Source: a bacterium (GTDB lineage Bacteria; Patescibacteriota; Microgenomatia; UBA1400; UBA12108). Taken from it: a DNA stretch of 64,000 bases. The translations under genes were made by a program, and so were the position numbers. The stretch covers positions 137,962 through 201,961 of the forward strand of contig JAJYKS010000001.1 of NCBI GenBank assembly GCA_021788365.1. Direction: 5' to 3'. The notes below the pieces were generated by a model that saw only the letters and a program-made list of their open reading frames with translations, did not search any database and was not told the DNA's origin. Positions 48,801 to 57,733 of this stretch are shown here, one piece after another (position 1 is the stretch's first letter; the number at the start of each line of letters is the position of its first letter).

Positions 48801-50390
48801 GTATTCCTGAAAAATCATTAACTCATCTTTAAGACTTGTTAGAACATTAATATATTCCTTTAGGAGGTTAATATTATTTATTTGTTCTTTACTTTCGAAA
48901 TACTCATTACTATCAATTACATTGAACTCCCCGAGTTCTTTTATCCTAATGGGCGAATCTTCCGCTGATTTATACTTCTTCCGCTCTTCTATCTTAAGTT
49001 CAGAAAATTTATTAGATAGATTAGCAATTTTTTCTTTATTTATACGTAGGTTGTTCTTTATTTCGGTTAGTTCTGTATTAATTTCATACGTCGAGCCAAT
49101 CCCGAGTGAGTACACACTCAAAGCCTCGAGTTTAGCTCGAATGTCATCAGCAATTTTCGATTCCTTTTGGCCTCTAATGAGTGAGAGTTCTAGTGGGACC
49201 GTTAATTCTGGGTGTTTTGGTGCAGGTAGTGAGATATTTCTCTTAAGTTTGTCTCTAACTACTTCAAGAGCCTTGGGTTGCTGACTTGTCACTAATACAG
49301 ATTTTCCGCTTGCAATAAGATGGCATACTAAGTTTGATATTGTCTCTGATTTTCCAGTGCCAGGGGGTCCCCAAACTACGGTAAGTTTCTTTTCCATTGC
49401 AGCATCACAGATTCGCTGTTGATGAATATTTGACTTTAATGGAAAAAAATAATGATCTTGCTTTGGATTATTACTAGTTTGACTATCTTCAACATTCTCA
49501 TTTTCCTGAAAATTGACTGTCAACAACTCTTCAATGGGAGTGTTTTCAATAGTGTCGTTGATGGTCGATAATTGATCGAGATCATCTAAAACAAATGATC
49601 CTGTCCTTGGTGTATTGACCAAAACACCTGCATTGGCGACATATGCTTTTTCTTCAAGTGCGAGTATTTCATTTACCGAATTCAGCTTGTGAAAGATTTT
49701 AATGTCTCTAAAATCTTTTATATGGTTGGTAAGTAGTTCTACAAACTTATCTATAAATGAAGAGTCTATTTCTTCAGATTCTAGAAATATTTCATTAATT
49801 TCACTTCTTACGGGAATCATTGAATCGTCTGGCAAAAGGCTAGCAATTAGTCCGCGGTTTAGGTCTGGTTTACTTGCTAATCTAGTAATAGTAAACGCAG
49901 ATGTGGTGGGATCGTACGCAATGTCAACTTGATTTATTAAAAGCGGAGCAAAAAAGGTTTTCTTGTTTATCGATGCTTTTACAATATATTGCCCTAATAC
50001 TGTTTCTCGTTCGTATGGATTGTTTTCCTGAGTTCGCCAGATTTTATTGACTGCTGCCCAAGCGATATCTTCATCAGTTATCTCTAGCTCTCCAGCTTCT
50101 TCATCCTGGTTAACTTCTTCGAGAGCATTTTCTTCTTCCTCAAATTTTTTAGCAACAAGATCTTTTTTTGGCTTTTTTATTATTATTACTTCTTTTGCAA
50201 GATATTCTCTTTCTTTTATTAGCAGCGCGAGATCGGAAACCATACCATATCTTTGTCCTAGAGCAAGGTTCTGAAGTACTCTTGATGCTGATGAGGAAAC
50301 ATATTTGAGCACTTCTCTGTAATACTTAGCTAGACTTTGTAATAAAGCTGCCTCTACCGTTGGTTCATTTTTCAAGTTTGAATCTAGCAT
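45801..50390 (-). CDS. Large SF1 (UPF1/DNA2-like) helicase with C-terminal Vsr/MTES_1575-like nuclease
   Basis: GPPGTGKS, VDESSQ, VGDEKQLP, EHFRC, TVDGFQGDERD, RMNVAFTRAR; then FDSMFE..YRID..LECDG. Confidence 0.88.
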   Translation of the reverse strand: MLDSNLKNEPTVEAALLQSLAKYYREVLKYVSSSASRVLQNLALGQRYGMVSDLALLIKEREYLAKEVIIIKKPKKDLVAKKFEEEENALEEVNQDEEAGELEITDEDIAWAAVNKIWRTQENNPYERETVLGQYIVKASINKKTFFAPLLINQVDIAYDPTTSAFTITRLASKPDLNRGLIASLLPDDSMIPVRSEINEIFLESEEIDSSFIDKFVELLTNHIKDFRDIKIFHKLNSVNEILALEEKAYVANAGVLVNTPRTGSFVLDDLDQLSTINDTIENTPIEELLTVNFQENENVEDSQTSNNPKQDHYFFPLKSNIHQQRICDAAMEKKLTVVWGPPGTGKSETISNLVCHLIASGKSVLVTSQQPKALEVVRDKLKRNISLPAPKHPELTVPLELSLIRGQKESKIADDIRAKLEALSVYSLGIGSTYEINTELTEIKNNLRINKEKIANLSNKFSELKIEERKKYKSAEDSPIRIKELGEFNVIDSNEYFESKEQINNINLLKEYINVLTSLKDELMIFQEYKLTIKQVEVNIDTLNKMASNLNKVLTKSTSTNFDTKLFKDILGVSKDFKKVISYLDILLKYKDTISEFKNDVPLIADRTAVVDQIVKLSKLEYDKLLKLVKASNYCIDKHPNLNELLPLAENTRYTLFDLEQNLEIIKKSSLHLLSKFVDKKSVLAHEYIASIFGISQIDKRVKPLLIQKIEGIINIKKTLLNIEAVKTEISSYELISVELCNIKEYGSFYKLLQDILKLFKLFSELREHNLDELFNKTFDIDSERSLLDIKLCIESINNYRKLSSTSTPILELPDWTSPVSVQDMLRRIEDSTEKFKQFHRYQVVAGKLLTIPKSLKIIQELLIQNNYAVPKKLLEIENIVECHRLMRLYGDVVTETPGLIAKTIKQIESKNKALIHKYILFTRLKSLHEASGSRLANANLVKLKQLLGKKKKTLSFLKKKDSIDFSQVLYYFPCWIVSIDDISRYFPLQKGLFDYVIVDESSQCSQTAIPHLFYRAKNAIIVGDEKQLPSASLRFLQKGITDTLQRKYNLLNHDKSQFFDCKEFSLLTFAQAATPPIPLIEHFRCDPTIIAWSNKNVYNNMMKIMTPIWENRFNPPMEVRYIDSGSEDTEAKINRIEANEVLLTLKELVSDRSMNGLSLGVISPFRQQADYISELIYQNLSPDDIVNFGIQSRTVDGFQGDERDVILYSMRSAPDGKAGSVTSIEGGVNEEGFKRMNVAFTRARRKAIIFTSRKPSQFPGKLIKSFMEHAIHIQETYSDPLKPKDDHFDSMFEEDVCNIIRGRGINVVTQFECGGYRIDQVLFDKEGRTLALECDGDFKFDDSGELPPEHYQRQATIERITQWDVERLTASIFYRNPEEAIDNILASLAKQPTNTERKIEQYPIEDKELDTNITVLASEEADANAVLKVVESNPKISRAKQKLKKKNDKQTRLFVNTIPANLFTKKEYWFALAHWGKTTGKFSSFENRFCFSLGVYLSRKGHLTDKQQAYGEKIVNKALEADYLFEK

Positions 50391-50448
50391 GGGTAGAATT
50401 ATAGATTAGTTTAAGAGACAGTTAAAGAATATCCGATAGGAGATAGTC

Positions 50449-50676
50449 TTATGAAAATAGTTCCGAAAGCTTGATTTTGAGTGTTTTGGCAAGCTTACCT
50501 GTATTGTCTAGGGAAACATTCTGTTCGCCTCTTTCGATAGCACCAATATAAGTTCTGTGGATATTTGCCTTGAATCCTAGGTTCTCTTGAGAAAGTCCTA
50601 AGCTCTTGCGAATTTCTCTAACCCTTTGACCAAATTGCTTACGCAATCTCAGATTAGGTTTTTGTTTTGTCGTCAT
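50449..50676 (-). CDS. XRE-family HTH regulator resembling restriction-modification controller (C) proteins
   Basis: FGQRVREIR..LSQENL..HRTYIGAIERGEQNVSL. Confidence 0.85.
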   Translation of the reverse strand: MTTKQKPNLRLRKQFGQRVREIRKSLGLSQENLGFKANIHRTYIGAIERGEQNVSLDNTGKLAKTLKIKLSELFS

Positions 50677-50699
50677 ATACTAGAGGTTATCTAGCTGCA

Positions 50700-50725
50700 G
50701 TCAATAACTCTACAGACAATAACTA
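50700..50725 (-). promoter_or_regulatory. Putative tandem C-box operator
   Basis: Minus strand reads TAGTTATTGTC-TGTA-GAGTTATTGAC about 25 nt upstream of the C-like gene, resembling GACTTATAGTC-N4-GACTTATAGTC. Confidence 0.55.
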
Positions 50726-50785
50726 GCAATTGTTCGCTATTCCTGATATATTGATGACAATAAATAGCACCTGGAAAGGAGTAAT

Positions 50786-51271
50786 ATGGCAGATGTATAT
50801 AAAAAGAAAAATTGGTTTGCCAGACACAAAATATTGACTGGCATCTTGGTAATTATTGCTATAGGGATGATTGGGAACGCTGCAGGGGGTAGCAATAAAG
50901 GCGACTCTAGCGCCGGATCTTCCCCTACTCCCAGTGCTCAAGAAATAACTTACGAAAAACTGGACACAAAGAGTTTTATCGCTGAGTTTGATCAGAATCA
51001 GCTAGCAGCTGAGAGTAAATATAAAGATAAATACGTCGAATTTAAGGGCGTGATTAAGAATATCTCTGAGGATATCGCGAGCAACCCATTTCTCTCGATT
51101 GAACCACCGACAACTGGTGACTACTACTATGGGACGACAATCAAATGCACTTTTAAGAGCAAGGATGAGCTGATGAACGTGCAGAACAAGCAGACGGTTA
51201 CGCTGCGTGGACAGGTGAAGAGTCAGACACTAGGAATTATCAGTTTGGATAAATGCTCGCTTATTAAGTAG
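50786..51271 (+). CDS. Membrane-anchored OB-fold protein (tRNA_anti-like)
   Basis: KKNWFARHKILTG + TM; NQLAAESKYKDKYVEFKG..C.F..VTLRG..C. Confidence 0.65.
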   Translation: MADVYKKKNWFARHKILTGILVIIAIGMIGNAAGGSNKGDSSAGSSPTPSAQEITYEKLDTKSFIAEFDQNQLAAESKYKDKYVEFKGVIKNISEDIASNPFLSIEPPTTGDYYYGTTIKCTFKSKDELMNVQNKQTVTLRGQVKSQTLGIISLDKCSLIK

Positions 51272-51326
51272 GAACAGAAATTGTAATTATACCTGGCAAG
51301 TTGTACCTACAAGGTATAATTAGCTT

Positions 51327-52037
51327 ATGGAGAAAAGAACTTATTTGACAGATTCGGCCATTATCCTGCAACATATGGCGAGGTTTAGGAAGGCGGTGGA
51401 AAAAATAAGAAGAAAATGGGGAGTCCCCAAGAACGGATATCCTGTAGAAGAAAGAGGAGCAGCCCATGCACGACTATATTGGGAAGGAAACGAAGACAAT
51501 GACCATAGTGATTATTCAGAACTTGGGAATGATTTTTTGCCTCCTACGACAAAAGTTCGAGGTCAACTAAGAGCCTTGTCAAGTCGATTTAACTTAGATT
51601 ATAGATGGCACGCATCCCTCTATACTCATATCTTGGGTGGGGGGAAAATTGACCCGCCTTTCGAAAATGTAAACATTGAAGTGCGGCTTAACGACGTACG
51701 ATTGCCAAAAGAGCAATGGGTAGTTAAGAGTCTGAAGATCGAAATTTATAAAGAAACTAGACTTAATGATATTCGTAAAGTATGGAAGAAAGTAAAAGAG
51801 TGGCAGGATATGATGCCAGCTGCCATGCCAGATCGTAAACGCACAAGTCGAAATGTAGATCGTTATGTAGCAGTCAGAGAATTAGAGGAAAAATGTTTCA
51901 GCCATAGGCAAATATTGGAGCAGGCGAAACTAGGTTTTGGCAATGACGTAAAAGCTGTTAGTCAACTTAAATCAGAAATGGAAAGTCGTTTTTCTAGTGG
52001 TCAATTTAAGAAAATCCGTACGTTAATGGACCGTTAA
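51327..52037 (+). CDS. Hypothetical protein heading the terminase cassette
   Basis: 236-aa ORF; TATAAT 6 nt upstream of the ATG. Confidence 0.55.
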   Translation: MEKRTYLTDSAIILQHMARFRKAVEKIRRKWGVPKNGYPVEERGAAHARLYWEGNEDNDHSDYSELGNDFLPPTTKVRGQLRALSSRFNLDYRWHASLYTHILGGGKIDPPFENVNIEVRLNDVRLPKEQWVVKSLKIEIYKETRLNDIRKVWKKVKEWQDMMPAAMPDRKRTSRNVDRYVAVRELEEKCFSHRQILEQAKLGFGNDVKAVSQLKSEMESRFSSGQFKKIRTLMDR

Positions 52038-52092
52038 TTGACGGTCGTTTCCTCTCCACGTTAGTATCATACTCCGCCTTGAAAGGAGGGGT

Positions 52093-53430
52093 ATGAACAA
52101 ACATACACCAAAAGAAATCCGTGAAGTGTCGGTGACTGAGTTAAAGCCGGCAACTTATAACCCCAGGAAATGGGATAAGGAGGCTATAGGCCAGCTTACT
52201 GAGAGTCTGACCCGGTTTGGATGTGTTGACCCGATTATTGTTAACAACGCGCAGGGTCGAGAAAACGTTGTGATTGGCGGGCATTTCCGTCTCAAGGTTG
52301 CAAAGGATCTGGGTTACACCACCATCCCTGTTGTATATGTCACTATTCCCGAAATAGAGCGAGAGAAAGAGCTTAATCTGCGGCTAAACCGTAACCTTGG
52401 AGAGTGGGATTGGGAAATCTTGACTCAGTTTGATGAATCGCTGCTTAATGATGTTGGCTTTAGCAGCGAAGAGTTGGACGAGATATTTACGTTAGACCCC
52501 GCCCCCGAGTATTTTGACCTCAAAAAAGAGTTGGCGAAACTTGAAATTTCTAAAGTAGCAATCCAAAAGGGAGATATCTACCAGCTCGGAGAAAGTCGAA
52601 TGATGTGCGGAGATTCCACCATAGAGGCTGACATGCTCAAGTTACTGGGTAACGAGCGGGCGGATATGGTGATGACAGATCCTCCTTATATACTGGATTA
52701 CCTGCACGCCAAGCGTCATGGCGAACCAACAACTGGGTTTGGGGCGAAGAAGAATCGACGCTATTTGGAAACAGACTTTCTCCCCGACAACTTTACCGAC
52801 CTGTGGATGGCTAACATCGCCAAAATTGCCAAGCCTAATTTTTCGATTATTGTCTATGAAAACTGGAAGAACCTGCGAACGATATGGGCTGGGATGGAAG
52901 CACAGAGCTTTAAGGTCCGAAATATGTTGGTTTGGCATATCCCTAACCGCCATCAGGGTTTTTCGGCAAAGTATAAATTCTTTTCGAAACATGATATAGC
53001 GATGGTCGGGACGCAAGGTGAAGTTAAACTTAATCTTGGAGATGAAGAGGAGCTAGTGCAAAACGAGTACGAGACTGCTCTTTTTGCCACTCAAGGCAAA
53101 CCAACTTGGGAAGGATATAAACAAGATAAGAAGAACCAACCCTCTGACTTTATCGAGCACATTGCCTGTGATGCTAAACAGACTGGACAAGACATTATCT
53201 TTGGCACGAAGCCCGTAGAAATTCTAATTCCTTACATTAAAGTGCTAACCAAACGAGGAGACTTAGTAGTCGAACCGTTTGGTGGGAGCGGCAGTACTCT
53301 TATAGCTTCCAGCATGATTAACCGCCGCTGCTACTTAATGGAAAAGTCACCGGTTTATGCCGAAGTGATCAGACATCGCTGGGAGAAGTGGAGCGGACAA
53401 AAGGTGATAAAGATAGAGGAGGCCAAATGA
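52093..53430 (+). CDS. ParB-like N-terminal domain fused to an N6/N4 DNA methyltransferase
   Basis: LKPATYNPRK..FGCVDPIIVN..IGGHFR; MCGDS, TDPPY, TKPV, EPFGGSGSTL. Confidence 0.9.
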   Translation: MNKHTPKEIREVSVTELKPATYNPRKWDKEAIGQLTESLTRFGCVDPIIVNNAQGRENVVIGGHFRLKVAKDLGYTTIPVVYVTIPEIEREKELNLRLNRNLGEWDWEILTQFDESLLNDVGFSSEELDEIFTLDPAPEYFDLKKELAKLEISKVAIQKGDIYQLGESRMMCGDSTIEADMLKLLGNERADMVMTDPPYILDYLHAKRHGEPTTGFGAKKNRRYLETDFLPDNFTDLWMANIAKIAKPNFSIIVYENWKNLRTIWAGMEAQSFKVRNMLVWHIPNRHQGFSAKYKFFSKHDIAMVGTQGEVKLNLGDEEELVQNEYETALFATQGKPTWEGYKQDKKNQPSDFIEHIACDAKQTGQDIIFGTKPVEILIPYIKVLTKRGDLVVEPFGGSGSTLIASSMINRRCYLMEKSPVYAEVIRHRWEKWSGQKVIKIEEAK

Positions 53431-53831
53431 CGAAGACAGAGAGCACCAAGAGGAAAGTGCTTTCGTTTCTTGCTATAGCTCCGGTAGTAGAAGTAGCGGT
53501 AAAACGAGCGGGAGTTGCCCGAGCGACCTACTACCGCTGGCGTAAAAGTGATTCTGTTTTTGCCCAAGCTGCTGATGAAGCCATCGAACAAAGTTGCCAC
53601 CTAGTAAACGATCTTGCCGAATCCCAACTAATTAGCGAGATTAAAGCTAAGAATATGACCGCCATTATGTTTTGGTTAAAACACCGACATGCAGGATACC
53701 GCAACAAGCTGGAGCTATCAGGGAAAGTTGAAACTGAGAGCAATAAGTTGTCGCCGGAACAAGAAGAGGTTGTGAAACGAGCGTTAGAAAATGCAGGATT
53801 GCTGCCACTGGAGTCTACTAATGAAACTTAA
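53427..53831 (+). CDS. Terminase small subunit-like HTH protein
   Basis: AGVARATYYRWRKSD..F, AIMFWLK; position directly upstream of TerL. Confidence 0.65.
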   Translation: MTKTESTKRKVLSFLAIAPVVEVAVKRAGVARATYYRWRKSDSVFAQAADEAIEQSCHLVNDLAESQLISEIKAKNMTAIMFWLKHRHAGYRNKLELSGKVETESNKLSPEQEEVVKRALENAGLLPLESTNET

Positions 53832-55275
53832 TCAGACATATGACCCACGCTTATGGGAACAAATCCGCATAAATAAGGAGCTGAGAGTCAAACTAGCATC
53901 CGAAAGCTTGTATTGGTTTTTCCATCTCTATTTTGGAGAAAATGCGAACTACCCCACGGCTGAGTTTCAAAAAGAGATATATGCAATACTGGAAGACCCA
54001 AACGCTAAACACGTCGTGATCGTAGCTTTTCGCGGATCTGGAAAATCGACAATTGCTACCCTGGCTTACCCCATTTGGGCAATTTTAGGTAAACCGGCTA
54101 ATAAGTTTGTGCTTATTCTGAGCCAGACCCAGTCGCTCGCCCGGTCGCATCTACAAAATATTAAACGGGCTTTTGAGGGAAATGAGCTACTACGGAATGA
54201 CTTTGGACCAATTAATGAAATGAGTGACGAATGGGGATCCACGTCTTTGGTAATCCCGAAATACAATGCCAGAATCAGTACCGCTTCAACGGACCAAAGT
54301 ATCCGGGGAATCAGGCATGGCGCACATAGGCCAGACTTGATTATTGCGGATGACGTCGAAGATATAAGTTCTGTCCAAACCCAAGAAGGACGTGACCGGA
54401 CATACGAGTGGTTTGTATCAGAAGCCATACCAGTAGGAGACAAAGAAACCAAGATTGTGAATATCGGCAATTTACTGCACGAGGATTCACTCCTTATGCG
54501 GCTGCGAGAAAAAATGGAATCAAAGACACTACCTGGCGTATACCGAGAATACCCGATAATCGACAAAAACAACATACCGCTGTGGCCGGGGAAATATCCG
54601 ACTACAGAAGATATTGAAGAACAGAAAAGAAAAATCATGGACGAGCGAGCGTGGTTGAGGGAATATTGTTTGAAAATCGTGGCAGCAGACGGACAGCTAA
54701 TTAAACCAGAGTGGATCCATACTTACTTTAAGTTACCAGAGACTAGTGAGGATTCTTTCTCGCACGCGGCTTTTGCGGTGGATTTAGCGATTACACAAGG
54801 CTTAAATTCTGATTACACAGCGATAGTGTCGGCACACATTTTCCATGATGCTAACGACAAGATCACTATTTACATCTTGCCAAACCTAATAAATGAAAGA
54901 GTGGACTTCCCGACTATGGTGGAGACGGTGAAAATGTTTAAAAGAACATTGCTGCCCAGCCATCGAGTCGAGACCTATGTAGAAAGTAATGGGTTCCAAG
55001 TGTCGCTAGTACAACAGCTTAATAATGAGGGATATGATGATATCAACAGTGTGAAAGTAAGTGCCAATAAGCGGATACGTTTACAAAATACAACTCATCT
55101 TTTAAAGAATGGATCGATTCTTTTCCCACAGCATGGCTGCGAACAGTTAATAACTCAATTAGTAGGTTTTGGCAAAGAAAAACATGATGATTTGGCCGAT
55201 GCTTTTTCACTGTTAGTCAACCAAATAATGGTAAATGAAAAACCGACGCCGGGAATATTTGTTATTGAATACTAG
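53821..55275 (+). CDS. Phage terminase large subunit
   Basis: AFRGSGKS, IRG.R....RPDLIIADD, AVDLA..SDYTA, VESNGFQ, KHDDLADA. Confidence 0.88.
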   Translation: MKLNQTYDPRLWEQIRINKELRVKLASESLYWFFHLYFGENANYPTAEFQKEIYAILEDPNAKHVVIVAFRGSGKSTIATLAYPIWAILGKPANKFVLILSQTQSLARSHLQNIKRAFEGNELLRNDFGPINEMSDEWGSTSLVIPKYNARISTASTDQSIRGIRHGAHRPDLIIADDVEDISSVQTQEGRDRTYEWFVSEAIPVGDKETKIVNIGNLLHEDSLLMRLREKMESKTLPGVYREYPIIDKNNIPLWPGKYPTTEDIEEQKRKIMDERAWLREYCLKIVAADGQLIKPEWIHTYFKLPETSEDSFSHAAFAVDLAITQGLNSDYTAIVSAHIFHDANDKITIYILPNLINERVDFPTMVETVKMFKRTLLPSHRVETYVESNGFQVSLVQQLNNEGYDDINSVKVSANKRIRLQNTTHLLKNGSILFPQHGCEQLITQLVGFGKEKHDDLADAFSLLVNQIMVNEKPTPGIFVIEY

Positions 55276-55311
55276 ACTTACTCGAGGCTTCACGGTACTG
55301 TGTGTCCTGCC

Positions 55312-56604
55312 ATGGATACCCCTACCCCATCCCTAAAATATGTCCTGTATGCCCGTAAATCTAGCGAGCAGGATGAGCGACAGGCGATGTCTATCGACTC
55401 ACAAATCAAGGAGATGGGAGAGTTGGCAGTACGAGATGGCGCTACAGTGCTCGATATCCGGCAAGAAAGTCATTCTGCCAAACAATCAGGCCAACGTCCT
55501 GAGTTTATGCGTGTACTACAAGATATTCGAGATGGCACATTTAACGCAATACTAACTTGGGCACCAGACCGACTATCGCGGAATGCGGGAGACCTTGGGA
55601 TGTTAGTAGACCTAATGGATCAAGGAAAGCTTGTGCAGATTAAGACTCCTACCCAGACATTCGCCAATAACCCGAATGAGAAGTTTCTCCTTATGATCCT
55701 ATGCTCGCAGGCTAAGCTCGAGAATGATCAGAAAAGCCTGAATGTTAAGCGGGGAATACGCGCCAAGTGTGAGATGGGCTGGAGGCCGGGGCCGCCACCA
55801 ATCGGCTACTATAACCGGACAATGGCGGGATTAAGGGATATTATTGTTGACCCTGACCGAGGATATGTGATAAAGCAGATGTTTGAAAAGTCTAGGGATG
55901 GATGTGGGGGACGGGCCATTGATCGCTGGTTTCAGGAGATTGGCTTTACGACCAGGAAAGGTAAACGAGTAACCCTATCGCAGATTTACCTAATGCTGCG
56001 GAATCCTTTTTACCATGGTGCATTCGAGTACCCCAAAGGTAGCGGTAGGCTTTACCAAGGAGCTCACACGCCCCTAGTATCGAAAGAATTATTTGAGGAT
56101 GTACAAAAGAAATTAACGGTTCCAGTTAAAGCCAAGTGGGGTGGTAAAGACTTTGCATTTAAAGGAGTGTTCTTATGTGCAACTTGCGGAAGTAGCGTGA
56201 TTGGGGACGAAAAATTACGTAAGCGTAAATGGGCTGAGCCAAAGCGTCATATTTATTATCATTGCACGAGGAAACGTAACTATGATTGCCCAGAGCCCCC
56301 TACCACTGAGGAAGAGTTGACGAGAGAATTAGTCCGCTATATTCGCTTGATTGAGAATGTGAAGCCACAATATATTAAATACTCGCCTCGACTCTCTAAG
56401 CGGATTGAACATTTTAAGAGTCTGCGCGACCAGGTTTTCTTAACTGGCGATGTTGACCCAGACAAGCATACGCTCAGGTTTAATGACTATGTGAAGTACG
56501 TTATGCAGATGGGGAGTTTGGAGGAGAAAAGGGACGCAGTGTTAGCTGTTAACAGACAGTTATATCTCCATAACAAATCAATTATTGTGAGTCCGATTGT
56601 GTAG
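55312..56604 (+). CDS. Large serine recombinase (resolvase + recombinase + Zn ribbon)
   Basis: YARKSSE, SAK..RPEF, DRLSRN, PIGY, LRNPFY, CATCG, YYHC. Confidence 0.93.
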   Translation: MDTPTPSLKYVLYARKSSEQDERQAMSIDSQIKEMGELAVRDGATVLDIRQESHSAKQSGQRPEFMRVLQDIRDGTFNAILTWAPDRLSRNAGDLGMLVDLMDQGKLVQIKTPTQTFANNPNEKFLLMILCSQAKLENDQKSLNVKRGIRAKCEMGWRPGPPPIGYYNRTMAGLRDIIVDPDRGYVIKQMFEKSRDGCGGRAIDRWFQEIGFTTRKGKRVTLSQIYLMLRNPFYHGAFEYPKGSGRLYQGAHTPLVSKELFEDVQKKLTVPVKAKWGGKDFAFKGVFLCATCGSSVIGDEKLRKRKWAEPKRHIYYHCTRKRNYDCPEPPTTEEELTRELVRYIRLIENVKPQYIKYSPRLSKRIEHFKSLRDQVFLTGDVDPDKHTLRFNDYVKYVMQMGSLEEKRDAVLAVNRQLYLHNKSIIVSPIV

Positions 56605-57733
56605 AAAATGATAATCTCATTTGTATTTCCGGAATTACTTTCCCAGTAGGTAGTCTGGCAATGTCGTCAAATACTCCAGATTTGTCGGTCTTGACGAATC
56701 CCATGTGCTCATAAAAGCCAATCGCATGATTGTTATACTCTACAACGTTGACGAGAATGTCTTTAGTGTTGCCCAGCCAAGAAAAGGCAAGTTCGATTAA
56801 CCTCTTCCCGGTACCGGTTCCCTGGTACTTAGGGAGCACATAGATCGCCATAATGCGATTGATACTCCTTTCTTTGATAGCGTGACAGAAACCGATAATT
56901 TTCCCCTTATCTTCGGCTACCCAAATATGAATGTTGGGATCACTGTACCTTGCTTTCCTTCGTTCGAGTTTCGCTTTGGTTTTTACTGGATCATCCTCTT
57001 TATAAACACTTTCAACATCTTCGATAGTGATCCCTGCTTCTTTGTTTGGATAGGTTGCGAGCCAAGTTTGGTGTGCCACCTCGTTAATTCCTGGCAAATC
57101 GTCTACTGCTGAATCACGAATCACGATGTTTTGTAACAATTTCTTGCGGATGGCATTGTTGCTTGTTATTCCGTGATCACCTCCTAGCTTATACAGAAAG
57201 CTCTGCCAGCCAAAAGACTTCGCAGCCTCTACGTTATCTTCTGCATCATCAATGAGCAAGATACTGCTCCCGATTTCATGAATTTTTGTTTCAACGTATT
57301 GAAAGATGGCCGGATCAGGTTTTCGCAGTTTAATATCTGAGGATTCAAAAATATACTCAAAGTTTTCCATACCTTTTATATGTAATAATTTTGGTCCCAT
57401 GTCGTTCCAGTTATTTGTAAGAATCGTTAAATGGTAGCCTGCATTTTTTAGTTCGCTAACTAAATTGATCGTATCTTGTAACCAAAACTCTTCTGACCAC
57501 CACATATCTGTTACTCTACTTAGCTCATTTTGTTTATTAAGTGGTTTTAGAATATCAAGCCATACCTGATCAAAAGTGATGGTGCCAAGTTCTCCGCTGC
57601 CGATATATTTATCCAAAACACTCATGATGTGATTTGAGTCAGTTTCCAAGTGCTTGTTGATTGCATCGAAAGCGCGTTTATAGTCGAAGAGTACTCCGCC
57701 AACATCGAAGATTATCCATTTTGGTTTAATCAT
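56582..57733 (-). CDS. HAD phosphatase-GNAT acetyltransferase fusion
   Basis: FDVGGVL, LTNN, KPDP, IDD; C-terminal YVLPKYQGTGTG, N..AIGFYEHMGF. Confidence 0.85.
   Translation of the reverse strand: MIKPKWIIFDVGGVLFDYKRAFDAINKHLETDSNHIMSVLDKYIGSGELGTITFDQVWLDILKPLNKQNELSRVTDMWWSEEFWLQDTINLVSELKNAGYHLTILTNNWNDMGPKLLHIKGMENFEYIFESSDIKLRKPDPAIFQYVETKIHEIGSSILLIDDAEDNVEAAKSFGWQSFLYKLGGDHGITSNNAIRKKLLQNIVIRDSAVDDLPGINEVAHQTWLATYPNKEAGITIEDVESVYKEDDPVKTKAKLERRKARYSDPNIHIWVAEDKGKIIGFCHAIKERSINRIMAIYVLPKYQGTGTGKRLIELAFSWLGNTKDILVNVVEYNNHAIGFYEHMGFVKTDKSGVFDDIARLPTGKVIPEIQMRLSFSTQSDSQ

Noticed and set aside
51327-56604. Complete prophage
   Set aside because: No portal, capsid, tail, replication or lysis genes were found.
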